A stretch of DNA of 64,000 nt. Source: an uncultured Planctomycetia bacterium. GTDB lineage: Bacteria > Omnitrophota > Gorgyraeia > 2-02-FULL-51-18 > JAGOUK01. The translations under genes were made by a program, and so were the position numbers. Each line of letters opens with the position of its first letter. The stretch's first letter is position 1. Below the pieces are notes generated by a model. The model did no database searches, was not told the DNA's origin, and saw only the letters and a program-made list of their open reading frames with translations. The stretch covers positions 5,239 to 69,238 of the forward strand of contig CAYSFB010000010.1 in NCBI GenBank assembly GCA_964430735.1, in the 5' to 3' direction. Positions 8,761 to 18,129 of this stretch are shown piece after piece.

Positions 8761-9940
8761 TCCGCGCGGCCAAAAGCGCGGCGAACGGCAGTATCGGCGC
8801 GATCGCCCGGGCGTCCCAAACCGCTTCACGGCTGATCAGCCAGCGCGAAACGGCAAAACTCAGGATCAGAAGCCACAAAATGCCGACGTTCATCCCCTCC
8901 CGCTCGTCCGCGCGTGCGGACCGGTAGTTCTTTAAAAAAATTCCGGTCGAGAGAAGCGCGGCGGCCGGGACAAAACAAAGCATCGCCGCTTCGACCGGTA
9001 CGGGCAGCACGCCCGGCAACAGCCCCGCGGACACAGACGCGGAAACGTCGGAGAGCTGAACCACGGAGGCCTTCAGAGCCGCGTGCGCATAGTCGGGCCA
9101 GACTTTGTAAATCACCGCCGCGCCGGCGGCAAAAGCGAGGCAATAACCGTTGAGGGGTTTGGGATGCGCCCAAAAAGCCCAGACGGCGAAGGCGGGCAGA
9201 AACAAGAACGCGGACGCATCGGTCAAAGCCGCGATCCCCCAGCAGGCGCCGGCCAAAAGACAGCCGGCGGCGTTACGGTTCGAGATGAAGCGATGAAAAA
9301 GAACGACGGCGGCCAGGATCAGCGCGGACAGAGTCGCCTCAGGCCAAATCCGCGTGGAAATCAGAATGTGCGCCGGAACCAGCGCCACAAGCGCCGCGGC
9401 CAGAATCCCCGAAGCCGGGCCGAACATCCGCCATCCGGCGATCAGCGTCAGGAGAACGGCGGCCAAGCCGGAAACGAACGGGACCAGAACCGCCCATCCC
9501 TGCATCTGCAGAACGGCCCGGGAAGGCTGCGCCTTTTCGCCGGCCGAAGGTTCGGCGGCGCTGAGCGGATAAAACGGGAAGCGGGGGCCAAGCGTCTGAT
9601 GGTGAGTGTAAGCCAGCAGTGAGGGAAAAAACGGCGCCTTTAATTGGAAGGGGTTGGAATCCTGGACGGGCCAAACATCGAAGGAGGCGGGGGCGGCCGG
9701 ATCCGCCGTGACGGGCGAAGCGACCGGCAGAAGACGGCCGGATCCGCCGATTTCCGCGACTTCGCTGCGCCGCACTTCGGCGCCCGAGGGATGGTATCCG
9801 CTCAGACCCGGATGGGTTCCCATCTTCATCGCGAGCGTCGCGTAAGCGAGCTCGACTGGATCGGTGTGCGGAGCCCAAAACGCGCCGATCCTCAACAGCG
9901 CCGCCAGCGCGAGAATTCCGGCGGCCAGGATTACGCGCAT
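8744..9940 (-). CDS. ArnT/PMT-like GT-C paralog C with a degenerate loop-1 motif
   Basis: The track ORF 8744..10561 is over-extended across the upstream MTase gene. The internal ATG at 9940 (MRVILAAGILALAALLRIGAFWAPHTDPVELAYATLAMKM) gives a 399-aa paralog. The motif is degenerate, with HTDP in place of HWxGDQ. Confidence 0.5.
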   Translation of the reverse strand: MRVILAAGILALAALLRIGAFWAPHTDPVELAYATLAMKMGTHPGLSGYHPSGAEVRRSEVAEIGGSGRLLPVASPVTADPAAPASFDVWPVQDSNPFQLKAPFFPSLLAYTHHQTLGPRFPFYPLSAAEPSAGEKAQPSRAVLQMQGWAVLVPFVSGLAAVLLTLIAGWRMFGPASGILAAALVALVPAHILISTRIWPEATLSALILAAVVLFHRFISNRNAAGCLLAGACWGIAALTDASAFLFLPAFAVWAFWAHPKPLNGYCLAFAAGAAVIYKVWPDYAHAALKASVVQLSDVSASVSAGLLPGVLPVPVEAAMLCFVPAAALLSTGIFLKNYRSARADEREGMNVGILWLLILSFAVSRWLISREAVWDARAIAPILPFAALLAARKWRIA

Positions 9941-10719
9941 TTTTTGAAGATGTATTGGTGGTTGCCCGTCGGAAGCACGGCAGGAAAGACCCGGATCATT
10001 TTGAAGCCCAGCTTTTCGACAAACGTTTTTATCTCGTCGATCGAAGCGTACTCGTAAGGATATCCGCCGATCCAGTCCACAACGTCGTGATAAAGGTCCA
10101 TTCCACGGTGCATTTTGAGCGGGTTCTCGCGGGTGATCACGAGCTTGGCCAGGTAGATCAGCGGGTAAAAAATCGCCGTCCAGACGGGCTTGAGCCATTT
10201 GGGGGAAACGTTGTACACGACCTTGACCGCTTTCCACATTCCGGACGTCCAGTGACGGTGATAGATCGCGAGGATAAAGGTGCCGCCGGGTTTGACGCGC
10301 GAAGCAGTGTTCGTGATCGCTTCCCACATCTTGCCCGTGTGATGCAGCGAACCCCACGCATAGACGACGTCGAAGCGGTCGAGACGGGAGATGCGGTCCG
10401 CATCCAAAATGCTGACCGTCTCGAACCGGGTATCGGCCTGAGCCGCATAAGTCTTTTGGTTGCGGCGCGACACTTCGACGCAACGCGGGTTCACGTCGAT
10501 TCCCAGAATGGGGCGGGCGCCCATGCGCGCGGCCGCAGCCGAGAACATTCCCGTGCCGCAACCCACGTCCAAAAAAGACCGGCCCGGAAGCGATTCGTCG
10601 GCCAAGAGCATTTGGAGCGATTCAACCGCAGCGGCGATGCGCTTTTCGTCGATCACCTTGTCGGTGTAGCTGGCCCAGTTTTGGCCGAAGTCGAAATCGG
10701 TCGATTGGAGCTGAGGCAT
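9931..10719 (-). CDS. Class I SAM-dependent methyltransferase
   Basis: Motif I is FLDVGCGTGMFS. The protein is 262 aa. Confidence 0.8.
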   Translation of the reverse strand: MPQLQSTDFDFGQNWASYTDKVIDEKRIAAAVESLQMLLADESLPGRSFLDVGCGTGMFSAAAARMGARPILGIDVNPRCVEVSRRNQKTYAAQADTRFETVSILDADRISRLDRFDVVYAWGSLHHTGKMWEAITNTASRVKPGGTFILAIYHRHWTSGMWKAVKVVYNVSPKWLKPVWTAIFYPLIYLAKLVITRENPLKMHRGMDLYHDVVDWIGGYPYEYASIDEIKTFVEKLGFKMIRVFPAVLPTGNHQYIFKKCA

Positions 10720-10722
10720 GGA

Positions 10723-11838
10723 TCACCCTTCCTTGAGCGCCGGGATTAGGCTCATGTAGAGTTCATCGTATTGTTGCGCAAGCTCCCGGTTACTCGGCAG
10801 GAACATTGTACTTTGAACGGATCGTTTGTCGGTAAGCTTGAGCAAATCGTTCAACCGATCAGGCGCCGTTCTCAAATCCCTCAAAGGGAGCTCAAAACCG
10901 TTCATCCCTTCCCGAATCCGAATATGCGCATGTAAACCGGTCTTAAAAGCGAGCACCGGCAATCCCCACTTCATTGCCCGCGCCGCCGACAGGTTCAGCG
11001 GCTCGTTGGTCATAAGACTCAAAAATATATCTGAATGCTTCAGAACCCAGTCGATGCTGCGAAGATATCCGGTCAAGGTCACCCGTTCGGTTAAATTCTC
11101 CCGCTTGATCAAGCGTTCGAGCTCTTTTCTGTAGGCGCCTTCCCCGCAAATATACAAATGGGCTTTGGGCATGGAGGATCTGATCATGGACATCAACTGC
11201 ACGGCATATTGATGCCCTTTGTCCGGATGTAATCGGCCAACGCTGGCCAAGACCGGAGAGTTCTGTTTAAAAATTTCTTCTGAAGCGATGCAATCAGGAC
11301 GATCTGCGGCTTCATCCAGATCCACGGCGGCCTGATAAAGCGCCATTTTTTCAGAAGGCAGGCCCATCTCCCGATACTCGTCCGGATAATTCGTAAAAAT
11401 GACACAGGCTCTCTTCAGAAGCGCCCGGTAAGCGGGACGGCGGGCACAAAAGTAAGGCACCTGCTTTTCAGATGCCTCGATCGTAAATACGAATTTAGGC
11501 ACCTTCAATCGGCCGGCGAGCACAGAACCGAACACGAGAGATCCGTCCAGCCTGGCATGCAGTATGTCGGGAGCAAACTCCCGAATCATTCGCTCTAAAC
11601 AGGACCATGTCCCGGGATTTAAAAGCGTGAGGACGCTGTTGCGATCCGTAGATACGAAATCAACGGGTGCATACTCCCGAATACGCTTCGAAAATACATC
11701 GTCGCAGGAAGAAAGGGGTATGATTTTTAGATCGATGACGGACCGGTCACAAAACTTCGCATAATCAAAGATCGCTTGTTGAGTACCGCCTCCGGCAAGT
11801 GAATCTACCAGATAAAGAACCCGGATCTTTCGGCGCAT
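10723..11838 (-). CDS. GT4 glycosyltransferase (GT-B fold)
   Basis: Shows the GT4 pattern (...ICGEGAYRKELERL...), and its N-terminus is typical of GT-B proteins. Confidence 0.8.
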   Translation of the reverse strand: MRRKIRVLYLVDSLAGGGTQQAIFDYAKFCDRSVIDLKIIPLSSCDDVFSKRIREYAPVDFVSTDRNSVLTLLNPGTWSCLERMIREFAPDILHARLDGSLVFGSVLAGRLKVPKFVFTIEASEKQVPYFCARRPAYRALLKRACVIFTNYPDEYREMGLPSEKMALYQAAVDLDEAADRPDCIASEEIFKQNSPVLASVGRLHPDKGHQYAVQLMSMIRSSMPKAHLYICGEGAYRKELERLIKRENLTERVTLTGYLRSIDWVLKHSDIFLSLMTNEPLNLSAARAMKWGLPVLAFKTGLHAHIRIREGMNGFELPLRDLRTAPDRLNDLLKLTDKRSVQSTMFLPSNRELAQQYDELYMSLIPALKEG

Positions 11839-11841
11839 GCT

Positions 11842-13038
11842 CTAGAGGTGTTGGGAAGACACGGCCGCCCGGGTAGCGACATCATAGGCCTCAAAAATCT
11901 GAGAGCGATCTTTCGACAACAGAAAAACCAGCCCGTCCTTCATGGGCTGCCTGGATGACTGCAGTTGATCAACCGTGAATGAGTTTGAGTCCTCATCGTA
12001 CGCAAAGAAGACTGGTTCCGGTGCACTTCTCACAAAATTCCGGCTGCGGCCGACATAGAGAATAAACACATCGTGGCTGCGGTCCCGCGACTGGTCCCAC
12101 AAAAAAAGCTCTTTGGCGGTCGCCCGCACCAGCGGCAGAAACGGCCGTGACAGCCATCGGATCAACGCCGGAGTCGGCGGACCGTATACTCCAAGCATGA
12201 GAGCAGCCGAAAGATTGGACAGGAACATGGTATCCGCATGAATGAAAGAGATTTTTTTGACCACTTCATAATCCCGCTCGACAATTTGATCGATCTCGCT
12301 CTCATCGAGTAAAAACTGATAATTGGCCAATTCTTTTCTCTTTGCGGCGGATGCCGAAAACCGTTTCAGCCCGATCCGCCCCAAAATTCCGGCCCAGCTG
12401 GAAGCAGACGCCCAGTAAGAAGTATTTTCGTTGAAGACGGTTGTTTCGGCGATCAAAGACCATTTTTTGAGAACTTCCGACTTCTGCGAAACATGGTGGA
12501 TGAAGTTCATGCTCAAAATACAGTCGGCCGTCCCCTCCTTGACGGGGGGATTCATCACATCGGCGACGATCAAGGCGCGAAAATGGTCAAAGCGCTTGCA
12601 TTGATAAAGACTGTAGGGACTCAGATCGCAGCCGATCACCGAATTTTTGATCCCTTCGAATATCCTTGAAGAAAGCGATGCCTCGCCGACTGCAAATTCA
12701 AGCAGCCCCTCCGCTGCGATCGTCCCATCGGCCAAGAGGTCTTTCATATAAGAAAGCTCGTACCCTTTCGCAAGAACCGGATAGTAGTGGAAAGGGTATT
12801 GCTCCGCGAATGCTTCGATGTCGACGGTTCGACGCAGGACCGCATCCGGTACTTTTCTGCCCGACACCGACCGGATAAGGGATAGAACGGTCCAGAGGCC
12901 CGCTGAATAGAGAAGAATCAGAGGAAACAGGAGCGCCCGGGGAATGGCCAATATCCAGCCTCCCAGGCGGTATAAATTCATCCGCTTCTTGAGATTAACT
13001 ACGTACTTGAGATAACCCAGATTCACTTCGGAGGACAT
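11842..13038 (-). CDS. Membrane-anchored methyltransferase-like protein with a C-terminal domain of unknown function
   Basis: Has an N-terminal TM helix, then MTase-like motifs (LEFAVGEAS, VIGCDLS, DCILSMNFIHHV), then a roughly 200-aa unassigned domain. Confidence 0.45.
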   Translation of the reverse strand: MSSEVNLGYLKYVVNLKKRMNLYRLGGWILAIPRALLFPLILLYSAGLWTVLSLIRSVSGRKVPDAVLRRTVDIEAFAEQYPFHYYPVLAKGYELSYMKDLLADGTIAAEGLLEFAVGEASLSSRIFEGIKNSVIGCDLSPYSLYQCKRFDHFRALIVADVMNPPVKEGTADCILSMNFIHHVSQKSEVLKKWSLIAETTVFNENTSYWASASSWAGILGRIGLKRFSASAAKRKELANYQFLLDESEIDQIVERDYEVVKKISFIHADTMFLSNLSAALMLGVYGPPTPALIRWLSRPFLPLVRATAKELFLWDQSRDRSHDVFILYVGRSRNFVRSAPEPVFFAYDEDSNSFTVDQLQSSRQPMKDGLVFLLSKDRSQIFEAYDVATRAAVSSQHL

Positions 13039-13078
13039 GAGGAGGGGTCAGTCGATCGGCAGCGAAGGATAAGGCCGG

Positions 13079-14128
13079 TTACTTTTGAACTTGCGCCTGA
13101 AAATCATCGTGTTCATCTAGAAGACCGGTTTTTTTCAACCGGCTTGCCTCGGCATTGCGGAGAACTTTCCAATAATTATGGTCCCAGGACCGGTATTTCC
13201 AGTCGGGACAGGTTGAACACAAAGAGATTTCTTTACCCTTATTGGCCAAGTGCATGTCCCGATAATGCCGGAATCCTTCTCCATGCCAAATATCACGAAG
13301 CGACTGATCATGCACATTGCCCATATTGGTTTTGGAGGCGATGTCATATCCGCAGACCATCACATTACCCCGGCTGTCGATATTGAGCCGTTCGAAGATA
13401 AAGGGGCAAGGCACTTCGTCCGTATTCAAATAGGGTGCTGGATCCGCGGAACGCGAATCGTCCAGAGTCGTATTGACGCCCCAAGTCAGGAATTTGCGCT
13501 TGATGAAGGTGTCGACGCCGATCTTTTCGACCCAAAAACGCTCAACCTCGTCGATGTTGACTTCTTTTTGATTCACGCCGGAAGCAATGATCTTGGTCTT
13601 GCTGCCCAGCTCATTCCGGAGCCGGAGCATCCGGCGGGCATTTTCGAGCAGTGTGTCCCAGCTGAGGCCCTTCCGCACGATCGCATAGGCCTCGGGATTA
13701 TCGGAGTCAACGGAGAACTCTATCGTGTCCAGATTGGCCGCCAAAAGTGCCCTGGAATTCTCCTCGGTGAATTTGGATCCGTTGGTGATGAGGCCCACCC
13801 GGCATCCGACATTCTTGGCGTAAACCAGAAGCTCGGTTCCCTGCGGATGCATCATCGGCTCTCCACCGCCCGAGATTCTGAGCATGGCCCCGTATTTTCC
13901 GGTTTCGTCCGCTATTTTCTTGAAGGTGTGCTCCGGCATGAACGGAACGTCTTTGAACTCTTTACGGATGTTGGAGTTGGTGTACGGACAATGCGGGCAA
14001 AGGGCGTTGCAGGGATAGACGAACGAGAGGACCAGCATCATCGGAAATTCCGATGCTTCAGGGCGCAGGCCGTACTGGCCTTCGGCTAAAATCGGCTCGG
14101 ACTTGGGGTTTGGATTCACAGACGACAT
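13079..14128 (-). CDS. Radical SAM protein with C-terminal SPASM/twitch-like Cys cluster
   Basis: CNALCPHC is a CxxxCxxC motif near the N-terminus. GGGEPMM is also present. The C-terminus contains ...CPFIF...VCGYD...CSTCPDW. Confidence 0.75.
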   Translation of the reverse strand: MSSVNPNPKSEPILAEGQYGLRPEASEFPMMLVLSFVYPCNALCPHCPYTNSNIRKEFKDVPFMPEHTFKKIADETGKYGAMLRISGGGEPMMHPQGTELLVYAKNVGCRVGLITNGSKFTEENSRALLAANLDTIEFSVDSDNPEAYAIVRKGLSWDTLLENARRMLRLRNELGSKTKIIASGVNQKEVNIDEVERFWVEKIGVDTFIKRKFLTWGVNTTLDDSRSADPAPYLNTDEVPCPFIFERLNIDSRGNVMVCGYDIASKTNMGNVHDQSLRDIWHGEGFRHYRDMHLANKGKEISLCSTCPDWKYRSWDHNYWKVLRNAEASRLKKTGLLDEHDDFQAQVQK

Positions 14129-14172
14129 GATTGGGTCATTATAAACAATGGCCGGTCAAATTGATACGCGAC

Positions 14173-16029
14173 TCACAGGCCGCTCCACACCTCATCCGTC
14201 CAATACTGCAGCACGAATAACGTCCAGATCTTGAACGTAACCGAGTCGTCGCCGCTCATGAACCGGCGGACGAGCCGGTCGATATAGCCGCTCTCAAAAA
14301 GACCCTGATCAGATCGTGCGATGCCATTCAATCGCATGGACAAATCAGAACTCAATGGGCCTCTCAGCCAGGTGTTGTTGGGCGTCACAAAGCCTTCCTT
14401 GGGACGATCGAGGATCTCTTTAGGAAGATAGCGGCCGGCCGTTTTGCGCAAAAGGTATTTGAGGACCCCGCCCCGGATCTTGAGCGATCCTGGAAGCTTG
14501 AACGCGAATTCCGCAATCCGGTAATCCAGAAACGGCGTTCGCACTTCAAGGCCGTGAGCCATCGATAAGATGTCATTAAAATAGAGGATTTCGTTCGGCA
14601 AAAGGGTTTTGACATCCATTGCCAGCATCCGGTTCAGCGGATCCACGGCGGTAGAAGTCTCGCCGTACAAGCCTTCCAAATAGGACGATCCGGTTTTCGG
14701 ACCGAAATAGTCGCGTCCTTTTTTCGTGAGCAGCTCATTCATTTCTTCGTCCGTAAAAGCCGCATAAGCCAGCCGCCACTGCGCCGGGCGAAGGCCCCTC
14801 ATCGAATCGACAAAATCTTTCCGGTCCTTGAAGAATCCATAATCCGCCTCCGAAGGTGCGCGTCCTTCGGCCGCAGCCAGCCGATGGGCTTCCAGCGCCC
14901 CCACGAGCCGGTGATGCCCATAGGAACCGAACACTTCGTCCGCCCCGTCACCGGAAAGGGCTGTCTTCACATGGGATGACATGCGAGCCGACAACCAGTA
15001 CGACGACACCACGCCGGCGAACGGCTGATCCAATTGACGCATCACGGCGCCAAAATCCCTTTTAAGATCCGTCCAGTCCATCGCCCATTCATGATGCTCC
15101 GTGCCATAACGGGCGGCGACCATCCTTGCGAATTCGGCGTCGCGCTTATGGGAAGGTGCATTTACATAAGTGAGATTGAATGTCCGAACAGGCCGGCCAG
15201 AAAGTTCGCTCATGATGGCCGTGATCATCGATGAGTCGATCCCGCCGGACAAATAAGCGCCGTAAGGAACATCGGACCGCATCCGGATCCGCACGCTATC
15301 ACGGACCAATCCATCCAACTCATCGACAAGCCGTGCTTCGTCAGAAATAGAGGCGGAAGATTCTGGTACGGGCAACCGGTACCAGCGGCGATGGCGAAGC
15401 GTGCCGTTCTCCCAGACCATCTGTTCTCCGGGCTCCATGGCACGAACACCGGCGTATGCCGTCCAAGGTGCGGGGATATGTCTGAGTGAAAGATAATAAG
15501 AAAGAGCTTCACGATCGCGCTCCCAAGAGATGCCGGGAATAGGACGGAGCGCTTTGATCTCGGAAGCAAAAGACAGGTCCTTACCCCTCAAGGAATAGAA
15601 CAGAGGCTTCACGCCGAAACGATCCCGGGTTAGCACGAGCCGGCGCTTCCGGTGGTCCCAAATCGCGATCGCGAACATGCCGTTCAAATGGTTCGCAAAA
15701 TCTTCGCCGTAAACCTGGTAGGCATGCAGGATGGTTTCGGTGTCGCTTTGCGTTTTGAAGATCCGCCCCATATCCTCAAAAGTTTTGCGGAGCTCTCTAA
15801 AGTTATAGATCTCCCCGTTGAAGACTACCGTCACGGATCCCGCCGAATCGCTCATCGGCTGTTGACCCGTCTCCAGATCGATGATCGCCAAACGGGTCAT
15901 TCCCAGGCGAACGCCGTCCGCCGGCTCGCAGGAACCGCGGCCGTCCGGACCTCGATGACTGATTAGATCCAGCATCTTTTCGATCACGTCCGGTCCGTGA
16001 GCCCCGGTAAAACCCGCTATCCCACACAT
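14173..16029 (-). CDS. Asparagine synthase (glutamine-hydrolysing) family amidotransferase, copy 1
   Basis: MCGIAGF places the catalytic Cys at position 2 (Ntn glutaminase). The synthetase domain carries SGGIDSS. The protein is 618 aa. Confidence 0.85.
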   Translation of the reverse strand: MCGIAGFTGAHGPDVIEKMLDLISHRGPDGRGSCEPADGVRLGMTRLAIIDLETGQQPMSDSAGSVTVVFNGEIYNFRELRKTFEDMGRIFKTQSDTETILHAYQVYGEDFANHLNGMFAIAIWDHRKRRLVLTRDRFGVKPLFYSLRGKDLSFASEIKALRPIPGISWERDREALSYYLSLRHIPAPWTAYAGVRAMEPGEQMVWENGTLRHRRWYRLPVPESSASISDEARLVDELDGLVRDSVRIRMRSDVPYGAYLSGGIDSSMITAIMSELSGRPVRTFNLTYVNAPSHKRDAEFARMVAARYGTEHHEWAMDWTDLKRDFGAVMRQLDQPFAGVVSSYWLSARMSSHVKTALSGDGADEVFGSYGHHRLVGALEAHRLAAAEGRAPSEADYGFFKDRKDFVDSMRGLRPAQWRLAYAAFTDEEMNELLTKKGRDYFGPKTGSSYLEGLYGETSTAVDPLNRMLAMDVKTLLPNEILYFNDILSMAHGLEVRTPFLDYRIAEFAFKLPGSLKIRGGVLKYLLRKTAGRYLPKEILDRPKEGFVTPNNTWLRGPLSSDLSMRLNGIARSDQGLFESGYIDRLVRRFMSGDDSVTFKIWTLFVLQYWTDEVWSGL

Positions 16030-16044
16030 AAGAAAATTCCGAAT

Positions 16045-17001
16045 CTAATTTGCATGATATTTCTTTCTGACCAGGATTGCGTAGGAGGCGTATCCTCGGC
16101 GATCAAACGGAGTGATCAGATCGAGCAGCCAAGCGACCAGATTGGCAATCGGACTAAGGATAAGCGAAAGACCGAGAACCAAGACTTGCGCCAGCTTGAG
16201 AATTCTGCTGCGGTTGTAAATGTCGTTGCGGACGATTTTTTGGTAGATCAATGAAGTGATCGACATCCAAAACAGACTCGGGTAATACTCCTCCAGGACT
16301 TCGACATCCATTTCTTCCAACAACATTTCATAGGCGTATCGTGTCATGTTGAAATAGTTATAAGGCTCTCCATGACTCATTAAAATGTCGCCGGGTCCAA
16401 CCAGCAGCAGGTGGCCCCCAGGCTTGAGCACCCGGACCGATTCCCGCAGTAGAAGCTGCGGCGACCGAACATGCTCGATGACAAAAACGCTCATCACCGC
16501 ATCAAGCACGCCGTCCTTGAACGGTAAATCTGTCGCATCTCCATTGACCTGCGGATACGATTCACGCCAGGGCGAAGAGGCTGCGGCCGGAACATAGTCG
16601 AGCGATATATACTCCAAGCGGTTCTCTACATCGCGTTTCCATTTTTGATCGCCCGAACCCACATCCAGCACAATGCCTTGACGCACACTCCCAAGCCACG
16701 AAAGAATCTTTTTCCTGAGAAACAGGGCGCTCAGTCCGCCCGCAGCAAACACGGAACCGGCGATCTTCTGTTCGAGCCGGGTGTTGTAGAATTCGTTGGC
16801 CGCGAACAATAATCCTTTCGGCGCCGGCGCCGGAACCGCTGCGGTGCGCGTTCCGTCAAAAAGAAGATCGATCATTCTATTGTGGATGATCGGGAACTGA
16901 CGACCCGACCGGGTACAAGTGAGGACTTCGCCTGCTGCGACCAGACTCTGCCCGCAGCCACAGGGACAGCGCAACATTTCCGCGAGCCTTTTAACTTCCA
17001 T
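16045..17001 (-). CDS. SAM methyltransferase with N-terminal Trm112-like zinc ribbon and C-terminal membrane anchor
   Basis: Starts with the zinc ribbon CPCGCG...C. MTase motif I is VLDVGSGDQ. A hydrophobic C-terminal segment (LVLGLSLILSPIANLVAWLL) follows. Confidence 0.7.
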   Translation of the reverse strand: MEVKRLAEMLRCPCGCGQSLVAAGEVLTCTRSGRQFPIIHNRMIDLLFDGTRTAAVPAPAPKGLLFAANEFYNTRLEQKIAGSVFAAGGLSALFLRKKILSWLGSVRQGIVLDVGSGDQKWKRDVENRLEYISLDYVPAAASSPWRESYPQVNGDATDLPFKDGVLDAVMSVFVIEHVRSPQLLLRESVRVLKPGGHLLLVGPGDILMSHGEPYNYFNMTRYAYEMLLEEMDVEVLEEYYPSLFWMSITSLIYQKIVRNDIYNRSRILKLAQVLVLGLSLILSPIANLVAWLLDLITPFDRRGYASYAILVRKKYHAN

Positions 17002-17016
17002 GATTATTTCTCCGCA

Positions 17017-18129
17017 TCATGCGAGATGCCTTTGAGCCAGCGCGTGCCAATCGTGAAATTCTACGGCCCTGCTGCGACCGGCCCTGCCCCAACAGCTTCT
17101 TAACTCAGCATCGGCAGCCAACCGGGCCAGCGTCGCCAGCAACTCTTCCGGCCGATCCGATCTTACAAGGGCGCCGTTGACTTCCGGCGCAACAAGCTCG
17201 TTGTGCCCGTCAATGTCGGAAAGTACGAGAGGAAGTCCGGAAGCCATTGCCTCCAAAGCTGCGTTTGGCATCCCTTCCCACAACGATAAACTTACAAAAA
17301 CATCCGCCTCCCGATAGCGAACCGGCAAATCAGCCTTGGATACCCATCCTTCGAAGTGGACACGGTCCGCAACACCAAGGTTCAGACATTTTTTTTGAAG
17401 CGCATCGCGATCATCACCGTCGCCAACGATGGTCAAATCAGCTTCGGGCAAGTCCCGCAAGACCGCAATCAGTCCGGACACATTTTTCTGCGCCTCCTCC
17501 AGTCGACCGACAAAAATGAGCCGAAGCCTGCTTCGGGCCGGCAAACGATCGGATGGCCTAAATATTTTTGTGTCCACCCCGTTCGGCAGCGCTTCGACTT
17601 CAATGCCTGGACGCGCCAACAAGGCCAATTGCCTCAGCCCGCGGCTATTGGCGATGACCTTCACCGCCTGCCTCCAAATCATCAGGATCCAAGGTTTGGT
17701 AAAAAAATGAAAGAGGCGCAAGCGCTCCGGATAAAAGCCCGGGACGTCTCCGCCTCTTAATTCCACAATATACGGTACGCGGTATAAACACTTCATCAGC
17801 CAAGCTGCCGGAGCGGCCGGGATCGTCATGAACGCCACCGAGAGGTCCGGATCGACCGTTTTACGCCAGCGGCTGGTCTGAGCGACGGAATTGATCAGGT
17901 ACAGCAACATCTCGATGATCCGCCCTTTTTCAGCGCGGCGACGGCAGGTTGAGATGCGAATCACACGAACTCCGTCAATGACGCTGTCGGCGGATTCGTT
18001 CCCAAAGGCGGAGGTCACGACCGTCACCCGGTGACCCTGTGAGTGCCAGGCCTTGGCCAAATTAAAAAGACCGTTGGACGCCCCGCCTCCGATCGGAGGA
18101 TATTCATGGCAAAACACCAGGAGTTTCAT
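17017..18129 (-). CDS. GT4 glycosyltransferase
   Basis: LLVFCHEYPPIGGGASNG is the GT4 N-terminal signature. The protein is 370 aa. Confidence 0.8.
   Translation of the reverse strand: MKLLVFCHEYPPIGGGASNGLFNLAKAWHSQGHRVTVVTSAFGNESADSVIDGVRVIRISTCRRRAEKGRIIEMLLYLINSVAQTSRWRKTVDPDLSVAFMTIPAAPAAWLMKCLYRVPYIVELRGGDVPGFYPERLRLFHFFTKPWILMIWRQAVKVIANSRGLRQLALLARPGIEVEALPNGVDTKIFRPSDRLPARSRLRLIFVGRLEEAQKNVSGLIAVLRDLPEADLTIVGDGDDRDALQKKCLNLGVADRVHFEGWVSKADLPVRYREADVFVSLSLWEGMPNAALEAMASGLPLVLSDIDGHNELVAPEVNGALVRSDRPEELLATLARLAADAELRSCWGRAGRSRAVEFHDWHALAQRHLA

Noticed and set aside
8221-8820. One-nucleotide disagreement between printed coordinates and ORF-track coordinates (the first block of line 8221 appears to have 11 characters)
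   Set aside because: This is a formatting or numbering issue, not biology. Agreement is restored by 9931. I used ORF-track coordinates and flag re-derived starts as +/- a few nt.
8744-10561. 605-aa ORF extending across the methyltransferase gene
   Set aside because: The N-terminal 200 aa overlap the well-supported MTase gene 9931..10719 in another frame and are Arg/Pro-rich junk. The internal ATG at 9940 gives a protein collinear with its two upstream paralogs. Analogous over-extensions were trimmed for 7299..8819, 18126..19139, 40610..41638, 43563..44894, 44863..47007, 49725..50993 and 53887..55362.
13079-16029. Radical SAM/SPASM plus asparagine-synthetase homolog as a lasso-peptide or other RiPP cluster
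   Set aside because: There is no precursor-peptide ORF, no transglutaminase-like B protein or protease, and no transporter. The context is uniformly glycan biosynthesis. This is kept only as a low-probability alternative inside the tailoring-block finding.
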